Positions 39,608 to 49,194 of a stretch of 64,000 bases of DNA are shown piece after piece. This DNA is from Candidatus Bathyarchaeota archaeon (GTDB lineage Archaea > Thermoproteota > Bathyarchaeia > 40CM-2-53-6). The notes below the pieces were generated by a model, which had not been told where the DNA came from, searched no databases, and saw only the letters and a list, made by a program, of their open reading frames with translations. Positions within the stretch are counted from its first letter, which is position 1; each line of letters begins with the position of its first letter. The position numbers and the translations under genes were made by a program. The stretch is from contig CAVSBL010000002.1 in the NCBI GenBank assembly GCA_963726255.1, positions 1,344,001 through 1,408,000 of the forward strand, given 5' to 3'.

Positions 39608-39829
39608 ATGGACTACGTGATGAAGAATCTGGATGAATGGGAGGCCTTAGCTAGGGTGAGTCAGGTGGATCTTACGCAGCTAACACGCGACCAGGTAGAA
39701 CATTGTCACGGATTCTGTTGGGCATGTGTGAAGCGCTGGTGCTCTTGGAACGAGATACCGCCTCTAAGAACTGGGTCGCGTAACACCGGGTCGATCTCGT
39801 CGCGTGCAGTCAACTCGTCTATCAAGTAG
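39608..39829 (+). CDS. small Cys/His-rich hypothetical protein (may be a fragment)
   Basis: ATG start; HCHGFCWAC. Confidence 0.3.
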   Translation: MDYVMKNLDEWEALARVSQVDLTQLTRDQVEHCHGFCWACVKRWCSWNEIPPLRTGSRNTGSISSRAVNSSIK

Positions 39830-39892
39830 GATCCTAGAACTCGGCTACGGTGATGTGACTTCCCGGCGGAAAGACCTGTAGAAGTTCGGCGA

Positions 39893-40762
39893 ATGCTGAA
39901 CCAGAGTATGCCTTCAGTCGATCGCGTGAAGCTCACAGTTCTTGTTGAAGATTCCGTAAACAAGCCTGGTCTCACAGCGAAACATGGCCTGTCGTTCCTC
40001 GTCGAAACTGCCTCAGCTGCTTCCAACTCAAGAATTCTCATGGATGCAGGACCGCCTCCCGACATAGCCTTACGCAACGCTAACGTGTTGAAAGCTGACA
40101 TCCGCCATTTGGACACCATAGTCATTAGCCACGGACACTATGACCATGCAGGCGGGTTAGTCGAGATCCTAAGAAATATCTCTCGGCCAACTCCCGTGAT
40201 CATTCACCCCTTGGCCTTTGTTCCAAAATTCTCCCTCAAACCCGATCTCAGATTCATAGGGCCAGACTTTGATCAAAGATCGGTTAGAGACGCCGGCGGA
40301 GTGCTGCTGCTTGCTCGCAACTCCGTCGCGATAGCAACCGGTGTTATCACAAGCGGCGAGGTTTCCAGGGAAACCGACTTTGAGAAAGTCGAGGGATTCT
40401 GGACGGTTAAGGACCAGCGTTTCGCTCAGGACCAGATGACTGACGATCAAGCACTCCTGATAAACGTGAGACAGAAAGGCCTCGTCGTCATATCAGGATG
40501 CGCCCACTCCGGAATCGTAAACACCGTAAGGCACGCGCAGAAGATGACTGGAACAAACAATATTCATGCAATCATCGGCGGCTGCCATCTGGAAAATGCT
40601 GATGACAAGAGAATCCAGGCAACCCTTGATCAGCTCATAAGAATTCAACCGAAGTTACTCTATCCATGTCACTGCACAGGCTCCAAAGCAGTGAATAGGC
40701 TCATTGACTCCTTCGGAGATCGGTGTAAAACTACTCGTACTGGAGACATCATTGAGCTCTGA
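39893..40762 (+). CDS. MBL-fold metallo-hydrolase (COG1237-type)
   Basis: HGLS, SHGHYDH, GCAH, GGCH, PCHCTG. Confidence 0.88.
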   Translation: MLNQSMPSVDRVKLTVLVEDSVNKPGLTAKHGLSFLVETASAASNSRILMDAGPPPDIALRNANVLKADIRHLDTIVISHGHYDHAGGLVEILRNISRPTPVIIHPLAFVPKFSLKPDLRFIGPDFDQRSVRDAGGVLLLARNSVAIATGVITSGEVSRETDFEKVEGFWTVKDQRFAQDQMTDDQALLINVRQKGLVVISGCAHSGIVNTVRHAQKMTGTNNIHAIIGGCHLENADDKRIQATLDQLIRIQPKLLYPCHCTGSKAVNRLIDSFGDRCKTTRTGDIIEL

Positions 40763-40958
40763 GACGACCTTTGGGATCGCACGCAAGCTGGATGATGTCG
40801 TTACCTGTGCTTAGGCAATATGCGGTCCGCTCTAGTGCAATTTCACTTTGAAATGGGCCCGAAGGCTATCGCATTCTCGCCCTCAACAGGGCCGGACGCT
40901 GTCGCCACAAGATCACAAGCGTAACACTAGGAGTTCACTGGTTCTGTTCATGTCGCTC

Positions 40959-42431
40959 TCACGCCATTATTGGCTGCACCTCGGAGATTTTCGCGAACTG
41001 CTTTTCGATTTTCTCTCTGTGGAGTGTGTTCATCGTGCAGAACGGGATTATCCTACCATCAGGCACCGCGTAATGAATGCCGCAGCGCTCCACTCTCTCA
41101 AGGTCAAAATTGTATGAGTCCATGAAGTGCATGACGCCTATCATGATTACGCGGTGCATCAATCTGCCAAGCGCTTCGTAACTTCCTTCCCTTACCACTC
41201 CGCTGATCAGAGGTGCGAGCACTCTAAGCTTAAGGTGCCTGAAGCTTTCAATCATCTCTAGTCTCGCTCTTACACTCTTGCCCGCTCTGGCGAGCCTGTA
41301 AACATCATTCATAGAGTGCATGAAAGCGTCGACGTTTGCGTATCGCGTGATTGGGGTCAGTTTTCCGTCTTCGACGAAAACGAATGTTGCCATTCCACAG
41401 TGTTCATGCATTGTGAATTCGGGGTATCTACTTCCCTTCAATGCTCCAACAGCCTTCGCGAATGGAACAACCGAAGGAACAGGATAGAAATCGCTTTGCT
41501 TTATCTGCCCATTCGTCTGCTCTTCAACGAGCCTCATGAAGTCTGGGATCGTAATTCGATAGTCGCGCAATTTTCCTCGATCAATTCTGCCCGTAATAGA
41601 AACTGGCTGAACGTTAACGCATCTGACGATGTCATGGTTTCTCGCTGCAAATTCTATGATGTCGCCTAGCTGAGTATCGTTCACTCCTCTTACTAGAGTA
41701 AGGACAAGGACTACGCTGTCATGACCTGCTGCCCTAAGGTTCTGTAGGGCTTTCAGCTTGGTTGGCCACAGATCTAAACCGCGAGTTGTCTTGTAGGGTT
41801 CCCCTGTGACGCCATCAAATTGCAGGTAGAAACTCGAAACGTCAGCGTCGATGAGGCTCTTCAGATATTCGCGGTCTTTTGATATTCGTACTCCGTTGGT
41901 GTTTACTTCAACATGATGTATACCTTTCTCATGGGCATATCGGATGATATCCGGTAGGTCGTCTCGAAGTGTGGGTTCTCCGCCGCTTAATTGAAGTGCC
42001 TTTACGGATACCGGTTTGTTCGAGGCTAAGTTGTCGATCATCCCGAAGATATCTTCGAGGGTTGGTTCATAGACGTAGCCTGCGGCGGCGGCATTGGCGA
42101 AGCAGATTGGACATTTTAGGTTGCAGCGGTTGGTTACGTCGATGATTGATAGGATCGTTTGCGATTTGTGGTTGGGACATATGCCGCAATCATACGGGCA
42201 CCCGAGTACTGTCTTGGTTCTTGGGTTTGCAAGACCATCCCCCACAATCGAGTATCTCCTTACGCGATCCCATTGTTGGAAGTCGGACCAATACACGTCC
42301 TCGTAATAGCCATGGTTCAGGCATGATTTGCCCATCATGACCTTACCGTCTCTTTCGAATATCCTCGCAGAGATAACCTGATGACATTCTGGGCAAATGC
42401 TCCTAGTTTCCTTCAAGAAATTCTGTCCCAT
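40959..42431 (-). CDS. tes: tetraether lipid synthase (GDGT-MAS) radical SAM enzyme
   Basis: N-terminal CPEC...C..HG, GCPYDCGICPNH, CNLKCPICF, HCG, FMDSYNFD..R..RC, IPFC. Confidence 0.85.
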   Translation of the reverse strand: MGQNFLKETRSICPECHQVISARIFERDGKVMMGKSCLNHGYYEDVYWSDFQQWDRVRRYSIVGDGLANPRTKTVLGCPYDCGICPNHKSQTILSIIDVTNRCNLKCPICFANAAAAGYVYEPTLEDIFGMIDNLASNKPVSVKALQLSGGEPTLRDDLPDIIRYAHEKGIHHVEVNTNGVRISKDREYLKSLIDADVSSFYLQFDGVTGEPYKTTRGLDLWPTKLKALQNLRAAGHDSVVLVLTLVRGVNDTQLGDIIEFAARNHDIVRCVNVQPVSITGRIDRGKLRDYRITIPDFMRLVEEQTNGQIKQSDFYPVPSVVPFAKAVGALKGSRYPEFTMHEHCGMATFVFVEDGKLTPITRYANVDAFMHSMNDVYRLARAGKSVRARLEMIESFRHLKLRVLAPLISGVVREGSYEALGRLMHRVIMIGVMHFMDSYNFDLERVERCGIHYAVPDGRIIPFCTMNTLHREKIEKQFAKISEVQPIMA

Positions 42432-42502
42432 ACTATCAAATCCTGACGGTGATCATCTCAAACATTAGCGCGTGTCAAATGGTATGATTCCGTATGAATC
42501 CG

Positions 42503-42522
42503 TTGCTAATATATATTCATAA
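42503..42522. promoter_or_regulatory. 20-bp palindromic box upstream of tes
   Basis: TTGCTAATATATATTCATAA; 17/20 to TTATGAATATATATTCATAA. Confidence 0.45.
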
Positions 42523-42861
42523 TTCCCTATGAGAGGACCGCGCATGAACCTGCTTGCGAGGATCGATCTTCTTAACGACGTAGTCTCCGCCTTCGATCCT
42601 GAGGGCCTTGCCATTGACGAGAGCGTCCGCGGTCTTTGTATGAGCAGAGAATAGAATTCTGTGAAGCGTCGGCTGAGATATTCCCATTTTGATGGCGGTC
42701 TCTTCCTGCTCGAGCCCTTCTAGGTCCTTAAGCCTAATAGCCTCGAGCTCATCGACCTTGAGGCGGACTTCCTCAAGCTCCGTTATGGGAATCCCTCTTG
42801 GCTTGAAGAAGGTGACGCCGGGTTCGCAGCATACCCATCGGTTTTTTGTTGGTCTTGGCAT
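42517..42861 (-). CDS. DUF134 predicted DNA-binding protein
   Basis: MPRP..., FKPRG, DELEAIRL.D, MGISQPT, IEGG. Confidence 0.9.
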   Translation of the reverse strand: MPRPTKNRWVCCEPGVTFFKPRGIPITELEEVRLKVDELEAIRLKDLEGLEQEETAIKMGISQPTLHRILFSAHTKTADALVNGKALRIEGGDYVVKKIDPRKQVHARSSHREL

Positions 42862-42863
42862 AA

Positions 42864-42883
42864 TAGGGAATAAATATTCATAA
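42864..42883. promoter_or_regulatory. 20-bp palindromic box upstream of the DUF134 gene
   Basis: TAGGGAATAAATATTCATAA; 16/20 to the same palindrome. Confidence 0.5.
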
Positions 42884-43049
42884 GCCTTTAACGGTTTCGA
42901 GTTCGCCCTATGAGGAAGGAATCAAGGAACGGGATCCCGTTACTTGGGGAGATGTTTCCGGAGATTCAGGCCCAGACAGCTTTTGGAGTGAAGCAGATAC
43001 TTGTTGTGGCGCTCTTTACTCTCTACATTGTACGTTACGAAGGTTTTAG

Positions 43050-43715
43050 TTGTCATGCGAGTTAGGTTCTGGTATGTCACGCAAGATTGACTGTGCGGCT
43101 TGTGGCATTAACCCCTGCTCCTCAGGTAATAGCAATCAATCCTTTGATGGTTGTCCCATGAACACGGCTGAAGAGGTGCTTGAGAATGCTTCCGAGGTCT
43201 ACAAGTCAGAGTTGAGGGAGATGGCTCATGCAGCGGCTGTTGTTGAGGCGAAAGGATACATGAGGTGGACTAGGGTCGAGGACACGATTGAGTTCGCGCG
43301 AGCCATGGGTTATAGGAAGCTTGGCATAGCCTGCTGTGTTGGCTTGAAGAGGGAGGGGGCCATTCTGGAAAGCATCCTACGCAAGAATGGGTTCGAGGTG
43401 TCATCGGCCGTCTGTAAAACGGGCGGCGTCCCCAAGGAGGAACTGGGCATCAAAGATGAGGAAAAGATACGTCCAGGCGGATTTGAAGCTATGTGCAATC
43501 CCATTGCGCAAGCGATGCTCTTGGATTCAGCTGGTTCCCAGCTGAACATACTCGTCGGCTTATGCGTTGGCCACGACGCTTTATTCGCAAAGGCGTCCCA
43601 GGCTCCTGTAACAACGCTAGTAGCCAAGGACAGAGTGCTCGGCCACAACCCCGTCGCAGCCATCTACAATCATCAATCCTACTACAGGAAGAGACTGTAC
43701 GAGGACCACGCTTAG
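43050..43715 (+). CDS. DUF1847 domain protein
   Basis: TRVE, GIACCVGL, CK.G, MCNP, GLCVGHD, KDRV..HNP. Confidence 0.9.
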   Translation: MSCELGSGMSRKIDCAACGINPCSSGNSNQSFDGCPMNTAEEVLENASEVYKSELREMAHAAAVVEAKGYMRWTRVEDTIEFARAMGYRKLGIACCVGLKREGAILESILRKNGFEVSSAVCKTGGVPKEELGIKDEEKIRPGGFEAMCNPIAQAMLLDSAGSQLNILVGLCVGHDALFAKASQAPVTTLVAKDRVLGHNPVAAIYNHQSYYRKRLYEDHA

Positions 43716-43726
43716 GCCTCCATCGC

Positions 43727-44962
43727 TCAGCTGAACGGTTTGCGGAGGGGTATTACCGAAACCTGAACCGTAGATGGAACCTTCTCTGCGATTTGGTTGG
43801 ATTCTTGCATCAATAGTGCCAGCGGCCGGTACAAGGCATGAACGAATTTCGTGAAAGGAGCGGTTATGAGAAGGTTGAAGACTGCTATGAGATGGACCAC
43901 GTAAGTAACATATGCAGCTAAGGGAAAGTCTGCGAGCATGAACAGGTCTAGCAGAAATCCAGTAACACCAACGAGAAGAAGCAAGAGCAAGAAAGTCCAG
44001 TCACTGAAGTGACTGTAGCTTGCATACTCTTCTTTGCCTTCGAACCGTTTGTAGATGAAGTAGACCGATCCGTACGTAAGGGCCAAGCCCGCCACTATTC
44101 CCAAGCCACGAGGTACATAGTAGGACAACTGTAGACTGTACGCGTCGATCGTGTAGTCGAGTGTTGTTGCGGCTAGCAGGCCTAGGAATCCCCAAACGAG
44201 GAGGAGGTGTGCCCAGTACCTGTTGCTGTCTGAACAGTCATGAAAGCGCTTCTGAAGGGCAACCTCGTTTACTATCACTTTGAATAGTGCCTCGAACTTC
44301 GAGGATAAACTCTTAATCCCTTTTGGGGATGACAATTCGTCCCTGCGTTGTGATACGTATCTATGCATGATTCCGAGGTTCGCGAGGGCGCTGAGGCCTA
44401 CAAAAACACCCATGAGTAGTCCTGTCCTGTCGACAGCGTCCATTGGAATGAAGGTGAACATATCGACGCTACTCAAGTCGACGGGTCCGTGGAACATCAT
44501 TATGATAGCGGCCAGAAACAAAGAGAGCGCCGCTAAACTGCCGTAGAAGGCGATCTTGCTGCTGTACATTGCGTCGGATATTCTTCCCCAGCTGTATTTC
44601 TTGATCGCATATCGCCTTGCCGCCATCATGAAAGCTCCTGGGTCGGCGCTGCGGGGGCATGTTTCTGTGCATTCGCCACAGTAGTCGCAGGACCACAGTT
44701 CAGCTGAGGAGAGAAGTTTGTCCTCCAGGCCGACCGCTGCGTACCTAATCATCTTTCTGGGGAATGCTTCGTCCTCCGTTGATAGCGGACAGACTGCTGT
44801 GCAATTGCCGCAATTGAAGCATGCGCTGATATCGAAAGCGCCAACTTTCTTTATCTTGCCCAGTAGGTTTGGGTTGACTGTTAAGGCCAGTTCATCTCCC
44901 TCCTTTTGCCAGCTTGTACTTCCAGTAGCCATCTTCGCTCTTCTCTGATGGTTCCAGGACAT
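43727..44962 (-). CDS. qmoC: QmoC-like protein, second paralog (true start probably near 44890)
   Basis: CFNCGNCTAVCP, WSCDYCGECTETCP, WAHL...WGF, TKFVHALYRP. Confidence 0.8.
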   Translation of the reverse strand: MSWNHQRRAKMATGSTSWQKEGDELALTVNPNLLGKIKKVGAFDISACFNCGNCTAVCPLSTEDEAFPRKMIRYAAVGLEDKLLSSAELWSCDYCGECTETCPRSADPGAFMMAARRYAIKKYSWGRISDAMYSSKIAFYGSLAALSLFLAAIIMMFHGPVDLSSVDMFTFIPMDAVDRTGLLMGVFVGLSALANLGIMHRYVSQRRDELSSPKGIKSLSSKFEALFKVIVNEVALQKRFHDCSDSNRYWAHLLLVWGFLGLLAATTLDYTIDAYSLQLSYYVPRGLGIVAGLALTYGSVYFIYKRFEGKEEYASYSHFSDWTFLLLLLLVGVTGFLLDLFMLADFPLAAYVTYVVHLIAVFNLLITAPFTKFVHALYRPLALLMQESNQIAEKVPSTVQVSVIPLRKPFS

Positions 44963-45179
44963 TGTAGTGTGTCAGTGTGAGCACGTAGTAGGAGGTGGTG
45001 TGCACGTCCATCTCAAGTTCCTTAGCTATCTCTGGGATGGTTTTTTTGTGTGTGGCGACAGCTTTCGTTATCTTCCCCTTGATCTTTGCCTGTTCCCTCA
45101 TCAGGCGGCGTAATTCTTCTGAGGGTGTGAGATTGTATTTTTCTCGGAGTCGCATCAACGTACTTGCCTGCAAGATCAC
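44892..45179 (-). CDS. small winged-helix protein inside the hdrA-qmoC operon
   Basis: KTIPEIAKEL...YYV..L...GYWKY; overlaps the hdrA stop. Confidence 0.7.
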   Translation of the reverse strand: MILQASTLMRLREKYNLTPSEELRRLMREQAKIKGKITKAVATHKKTIPEIAKELEMDVHTTSYYVLTLTHYNVLEPSEKSEDGYWKYKLAKGGR

Positions 45180-47128
45180 TGCCTCCGTGCCATCGCCTTG
45201 ATCATGGCTTCGATCTGCTCGTTACCTAAGCCTTTCAACTCAATGGCGCCAGTCGGGCAGACAGCCACGCATGCGCCGCAGCCTGTGCATCTCGCTGCGT
45301 TTACCCAAGCCTTTTCCCCCTTGCCACTTTCGTCTTTGATTTCAATCGCGTCGTACTTGCACTCTTGTATGCAAAGTCTATTGATAGAGCAGGTTTCGGG
45401 ATTGACGTGAGCCACGAATGGTTCGAGAATAAGTTCCTTTTTCAGGGCTATGTTGGCTGCTTTGCTGGCAGCAGCCTCCGCCGAAGCTACCGTCTCGCTG
45501 ATATCTTTGGGTGCCTGAGCTGTGCCCGCAATGTAAATCCCGGCCATGGCAGTCTCGACAGGCCTCAGCTTCGGATGCATTTCTAGGAGGAATTTGTCCT
45601 TACCTTTTGATATCTTCAACATGCTGTAAAGCTGTTCGTTGCTCTTTCTCGGAACCATTCCTGTTACGAGAACGACCATGTCAACGGGCAACTCCAACTC
45701 CTCCTCGATGGGTGTCAGGAGGTCTTTGACCTTGACTACAAGCTTGCCATTGCTCTGGCGCACGGTGGGCGGAACTTCATCCGCATGTTTGAAGAAAAGC
45801 ACATTCTCTTTTGACGCTTGTTCGAAGAGCAGTTCGTTCAGTCCGTAGGTTCTGATGTCGCGATATATGTGATAGACATGGAGCCCCTTAATTTTATTCA
45901 GCAGAGAGAGTGAAACATTCATTGTAGCATTGCAGCAATACCGAGAACAATACTCGTTAACGTCTTGGTTTTCTCGCGTTGGAGTCTGTCTGCTTCCAAC
46001 ACAGTATATGAAAACGATCTCATGTACTTTATTCGGAATCCCCAACTCCATTAGCCTATGTAACTGCTGGAGCGTTACCACGTTCTTGTAAAGGCCGTAA
46101 CCAAATTCTCCAATCTTCGGTTCGTAGGGATCGAATCCCGTTGTGACAATTATGCTTCCGACCTTGATGCGGATGTTTTTCGGTTGTTCATTCAGGTCCA
46201 CCGCTTCGTTACATATCGCTTGAATCTGGCTCAAGCATTCGGGTGGGCAATGTTCTTTGTCAAGGGAGGGTATGGTGGGGTATGTTCCTTCATAGGGTGG
46301 AAGGATCGCTGCTCCGCGTTTGGTCAGCCCATAGTCGAATTCGTTTGGCACTCCTTGGACATCGGGGACTGATGCGATCCTGGGGCAGGTGGTCTTGAAG
46401 TATCGGGGTTTCGTGTTGATTTCGACTTTGAAGTTTCCGACGTATCCTTCCACAGAACTTATCTCTGAGTTGGTGTAGACGGCGATGTTCTCCTTCGATA
46501 GAACCTCCTGTACCATTTCTTTGGCGATTTCAGGCCCTGGTCGTCCCTGAGGATAGACTTGGGAGAGCTGTGGGACTCTTCCTCCTAGGAAGGGATCCTT
46601 TTCCACAAGATGCACCGCAATTCCGGCATTGGCCAAATCGACGGCGGCTCTTAGGCCTGCGACGCCTCCACCCACAACCATGACAGCCGGGGTTGATTCG
46701 GCGCTGATGCCTTCAAGAGGTTCGGACAGCCTAGAGTATGCCACGGCTGACCTAACCTGCCTTAGTGCTTTTTCGGTCGCCCCTTTCTTGTCTTCTGTGT
46801 GCGCCCACGAGGACTGTTCCCTGATGTTGACATGGTAGTAGGTGTAGGGGTTCAAGCCTGCTCTCTGGCACACATTTCTGAACGTGATCTCATGGAGCCT
46901 CGGAGAACAGGACGCTACTATCATTCTGTCAAGCTTGTTCGCTTTGACATCCTCTATCATTTCATTCTGTGAGGAATCGGAGCAGGCGAACATCACGTCC
47001 TTAGCGACGACGACATTTGCTTCTTTGGCTATTTCTTCGGTTACCTTCTTCACATCAACATAGTCTGAGATGTTTCCTCCGCAGTGGCAGACGTAGACGC
47101 CTATTCTACGCTGTTTGTCTTCGTCCAC
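45176..47128 (-). CDS. hdrA: HdrA-like flavoprotein (QmoB-like) with a degenerate inserted ferredoxin
   Basis: [42 protein letters not shown]. Confidence 0.85.
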   Translation of the reverse strand: MDEDKQRRIGVYVCHCGGNISDYVDVKKVTEEIAKEANVVVAKDVMFACSDSSQNEMIEDVKANKLDRMIVASCSPRLHEITFRNVCQRAGLNPYTYYHVNIREQSSWAHTEDKKGATEKALRQVRSAVAYSRLSEPLEGISAESTPAVMVVGGGVAGLRAAVDLANAGIAVHLVEKDPFLGGRVPQLSQVYPQGRPGPEIAKEMVQEVLSKENIAVYTNSEISSVEGYVGNFKVEINTKPRYFKTTCPRIASVPDVQGVPNEFDYGLTKRGAAILPPYEGTYPTIPSLDKEHCPPECLSQIQAICNEAVDLNEQPKNIRIKVGSIIVTTGFDPYEPKIGEFGYGLYKNVVTLQQLHRLMELGIPNKVHEIVFIYCVGSRQTPTRENQDVNEYCSRYCCNATMNVSLSLLNKIKGLHVYHIYRDIRTYGLNELLFEQASKENVLFFKHADEVPPTVRQSNGKLVVKVKDLLTPIEEELELPVDMVVLVTGMVPRKSNEQLYSMLKISKGKDKFLLEMHPKLRPVETAMAGIYIAGTAQAPKDISETVASAEAAASKAANIALKKELILEPFVAHVNPETCSINRLCIQECKYDAIEIKDESGKGEKAWVNAARCTGCGACVAVCPTGAIELKGLGNEQIEAMIKAMARRQ

Positions 47129-48491
47129 TACTAGCCACCTCGATAGGGATTTTTCGCGTCGTCGTGTTCATGTAGGCTATTGAGTTCATGCAAGCGGCGC
47201 TTCCTTCGACCACTGAATCGGGTATATCTTTGGGTCCAGTTGCTGTTCCCGCAGCGAACACACCGTCAATGTTCGTTTTCATTGGGGCTACGTTCTGGTC
47301 AGGGCTCGTAACCCAGCCGACACTGTCCACCTTGAGTTGTTGGCCCTTGAAGAGATCAGGTGGACACACGTTTGGAAGCAGGCCAACGGACAGCACAGCT
47401 AAGTCATGCTCGGTCTTCGTCAGCTTTCCTCCGTTCTCAATGTCCTCATAGTGTAGTACGAGATTGCCGTTTTCTAACTGCTCTATCTTGGCAACCTTTC
47501 CTTTCACGAACCTGACGCCCATCGCCCTTGCTTGAACATAGAATTCCTCGAACCCTTTCCCATAGGCTCGGATGTCTATGTAGTAGATTGTGATGTCCGC
47601 TATGGGCAAAGCGCCCATCAAGAGCTGGGCCTGCTTTATCGAGTACATGCAACACACCTGAGAACAGTACGGGTTGCCCAGCGATGCGTCTCTTGAACCC
47701 ACACACAGAACATATGCAATGTTGGCGGGTTCCTTGCCGTCGGATGGTCTCACTATGGCGTGTGTTGGCCTTGTCGGAGCGAGGAGCCTTTCCATTTGCA
47801 TTGAGGTGATGACGTTGGGGTATTCGCTGAAATGATAATCGGTTTTGCGTTTTGCGTCGAAGAGCTGGAAACCTGTGGCCACTATGACGGACTTAGCTCT
47901 TAGCGTATGCCATTTCGGCGTCTGAAGGAAGTTGATGCTATTTGCGGGGCAGGCTCTCTCACAAGCGCCACAATACACACAATTCTCCATATCTATGACT
48001 GCAATCTTGGGTACTCCTGTCTCGAACGGAACGAAGATAGCTTTCCTTCCGACAAGCCCCAGGTCGTATTCGCTTGGGACTATCACAGGACAGGCATCTT
48101 CACACTGTCGGCATGCAGTGCATGCGGAGGCTTCCACGTATCGTGGCTTTTCAAAAATGCTAGCCTTGAATGACCCATCTTCCTCTTTTTCGACCGCCTT
48201 TACCTCAGAATAGGTCAGGATCTTGATGTACGGGTGATGGGTCGCCGCAGCCATTTTCGGCGTGGAAATGCAGCTGGCGCAGTCCATTGTGGGGAACGTT
48301 TTGCTGAGCTTGAACATGTTGCCACCTATGCTCGGCTCCTTCTCGACTATGATCACCCGTTTGCCCATATCTCCCAAATCAAGAGCGGCCTGCATTCCAG
48401 CGATTCCACCTCCAATTATGATGGCGTCGTAGCTCTCGTCGGGGAGAGTTTCGGGCTCTCCGAAACTGGGAATCTTCGGGTTTATGCTCAA
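47106..48491 (-). CDS. hdrA: short HdrA-like flavoprotein (QmoA-like), second paralog
   Basis: GGGIAG, KTFPTMDCASC, 2x[4Fe-4S], CSQVCCMYSIK, GPKDIPDS. Confidence 0.87.
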   Translation of the reverse strand: MSINPKIPSFGEPETLPDESYDAIIIGGGIAGMQAALDLGDMGKRVIIVEKEPSIGGNMFKLSKTFPTMDCASCISTPKMAAATHHPYIKILTYSEVKAVEKEEDGSFKASIFEKPRYVEASACTACRQCEDACPVIVPSEYDLGLVGRKAIFVPFETGVPKIAVIDMENCVYCGACERACPANSINFLQTPKWHTLRAKSVIVATGFQLFDAKRKTDYHFSEYPNVITSMQMERLLAPTRPTHAIVRPSDGKEPANIAYVLCVGSRDASLGNPYCSQVCCMYSIKQAQLLMGALPIADITIYYIDIRAYGKGFEEFYVQARAMGVRFVKGKVAKIEQLENGNLVLHYEDIENGGKLTKTEHDLAVLSVGLLPNVCPPDLFKGQQLKVDSVGWVTSPDQNVAPMKTNIDGVFAAGTATGPKDIPDSVVEGSAACMNSIAYMNTTTRKIPIEVASSGRRQTA

Positions 48492-48940
48492 CTCGAAACC
48501 GCCATCCCTGTCTTTACAGGGCCTATCTTTTTCAGCGAAGTGTAGAAGTCTTTGATGCTCTTGGCGAATGATTCACCGCACACTGAGCAGACTCCTGTGA
48601 TCTTGACTCTCTCCGCTTCAATCCCGGTTTCTTTCAGCAGCTTCTGCGCAGTTTCGACTCTCTGCGCTGTCTTCGACACACACTCTTCGCCTAAGTATGG
48701 ACAGTCCGGGCCGTCAGCCGCGATGTAGACGCCTTCAAAACCGTCCTGAAGGGCGTGCACAATAAACTCTGGTCTTATCATCGATGAGCATGGGAGTCTG
48801 ATTATGCTGGTTGATGATGGGTAGTGTATGTGGGAGCTGCCCGCAAAGTCTATGCCGGGGTCTGAGATCGTAGACGTAGAAAAAATGAGGATTAGGGGCG
48901 TGTACTCCTCTTCCGAGGAGACGCGCCTTGGGGCATCCAC
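48488..48940 (-). CDS. MvhD-like protein with an atypical Cys pattern
   Basis: GID.AG....YP....IIRLPCSS.I....I..A...G..GV...DCPY...GIE.ER; CNWC absent, extra CSVC. Confidence 0.75.
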   Translation of the reverse strand: MDAPRRVSSEEEYTPLILIFSTSTISDPGIDFAGSSHIHYPSSTSIIRLPCSSMIRPEFIVHALQDGFEGVYIAADGPDCPYLGEECVSKTAQRVETAQKLLKETGIEAERVKITGVCSVCGESFAKSIKDFYTSLKKIGPVKTGMAVSS

Positions 48941-49180
48941 CTACTTCTTCCTTCTGACATATATCTTCCAGTATCCGTTCTCTTCGACAGTGCCTAGGTA
49001 TTCGTGTCCCATTTTCTTTGCCCAGACTGGGATGTCGGCCTTTGTGCCCGGGTCAGATGAAATTGTTTCGAGAACCGCGCCTACTGGAACTGTGGCAATT
49101 GCTCTTTTTGTTTCGAGTAAGGGACCAGGGCAAGATGTCCCTCTTGCATCCACGACTTTATCCGCGGTGAGCTCTGACAA
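48941..49180 (-). CDS. tusA: TusA-family sulfur carrier
   Basis: DARGTSCPGP, DIPVWA..MGH. Confidence 0.88.
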   Translation of the reverse strand: MSELTADKVVDARGTSCPGPLLETKRAIATVPVGAVLETISSDPGTKADIPVWAKKMGHEYLGTVEENGYWKIYVRRKK

Positions 49181-49194
49181 GGCTTCTCGTTCCC

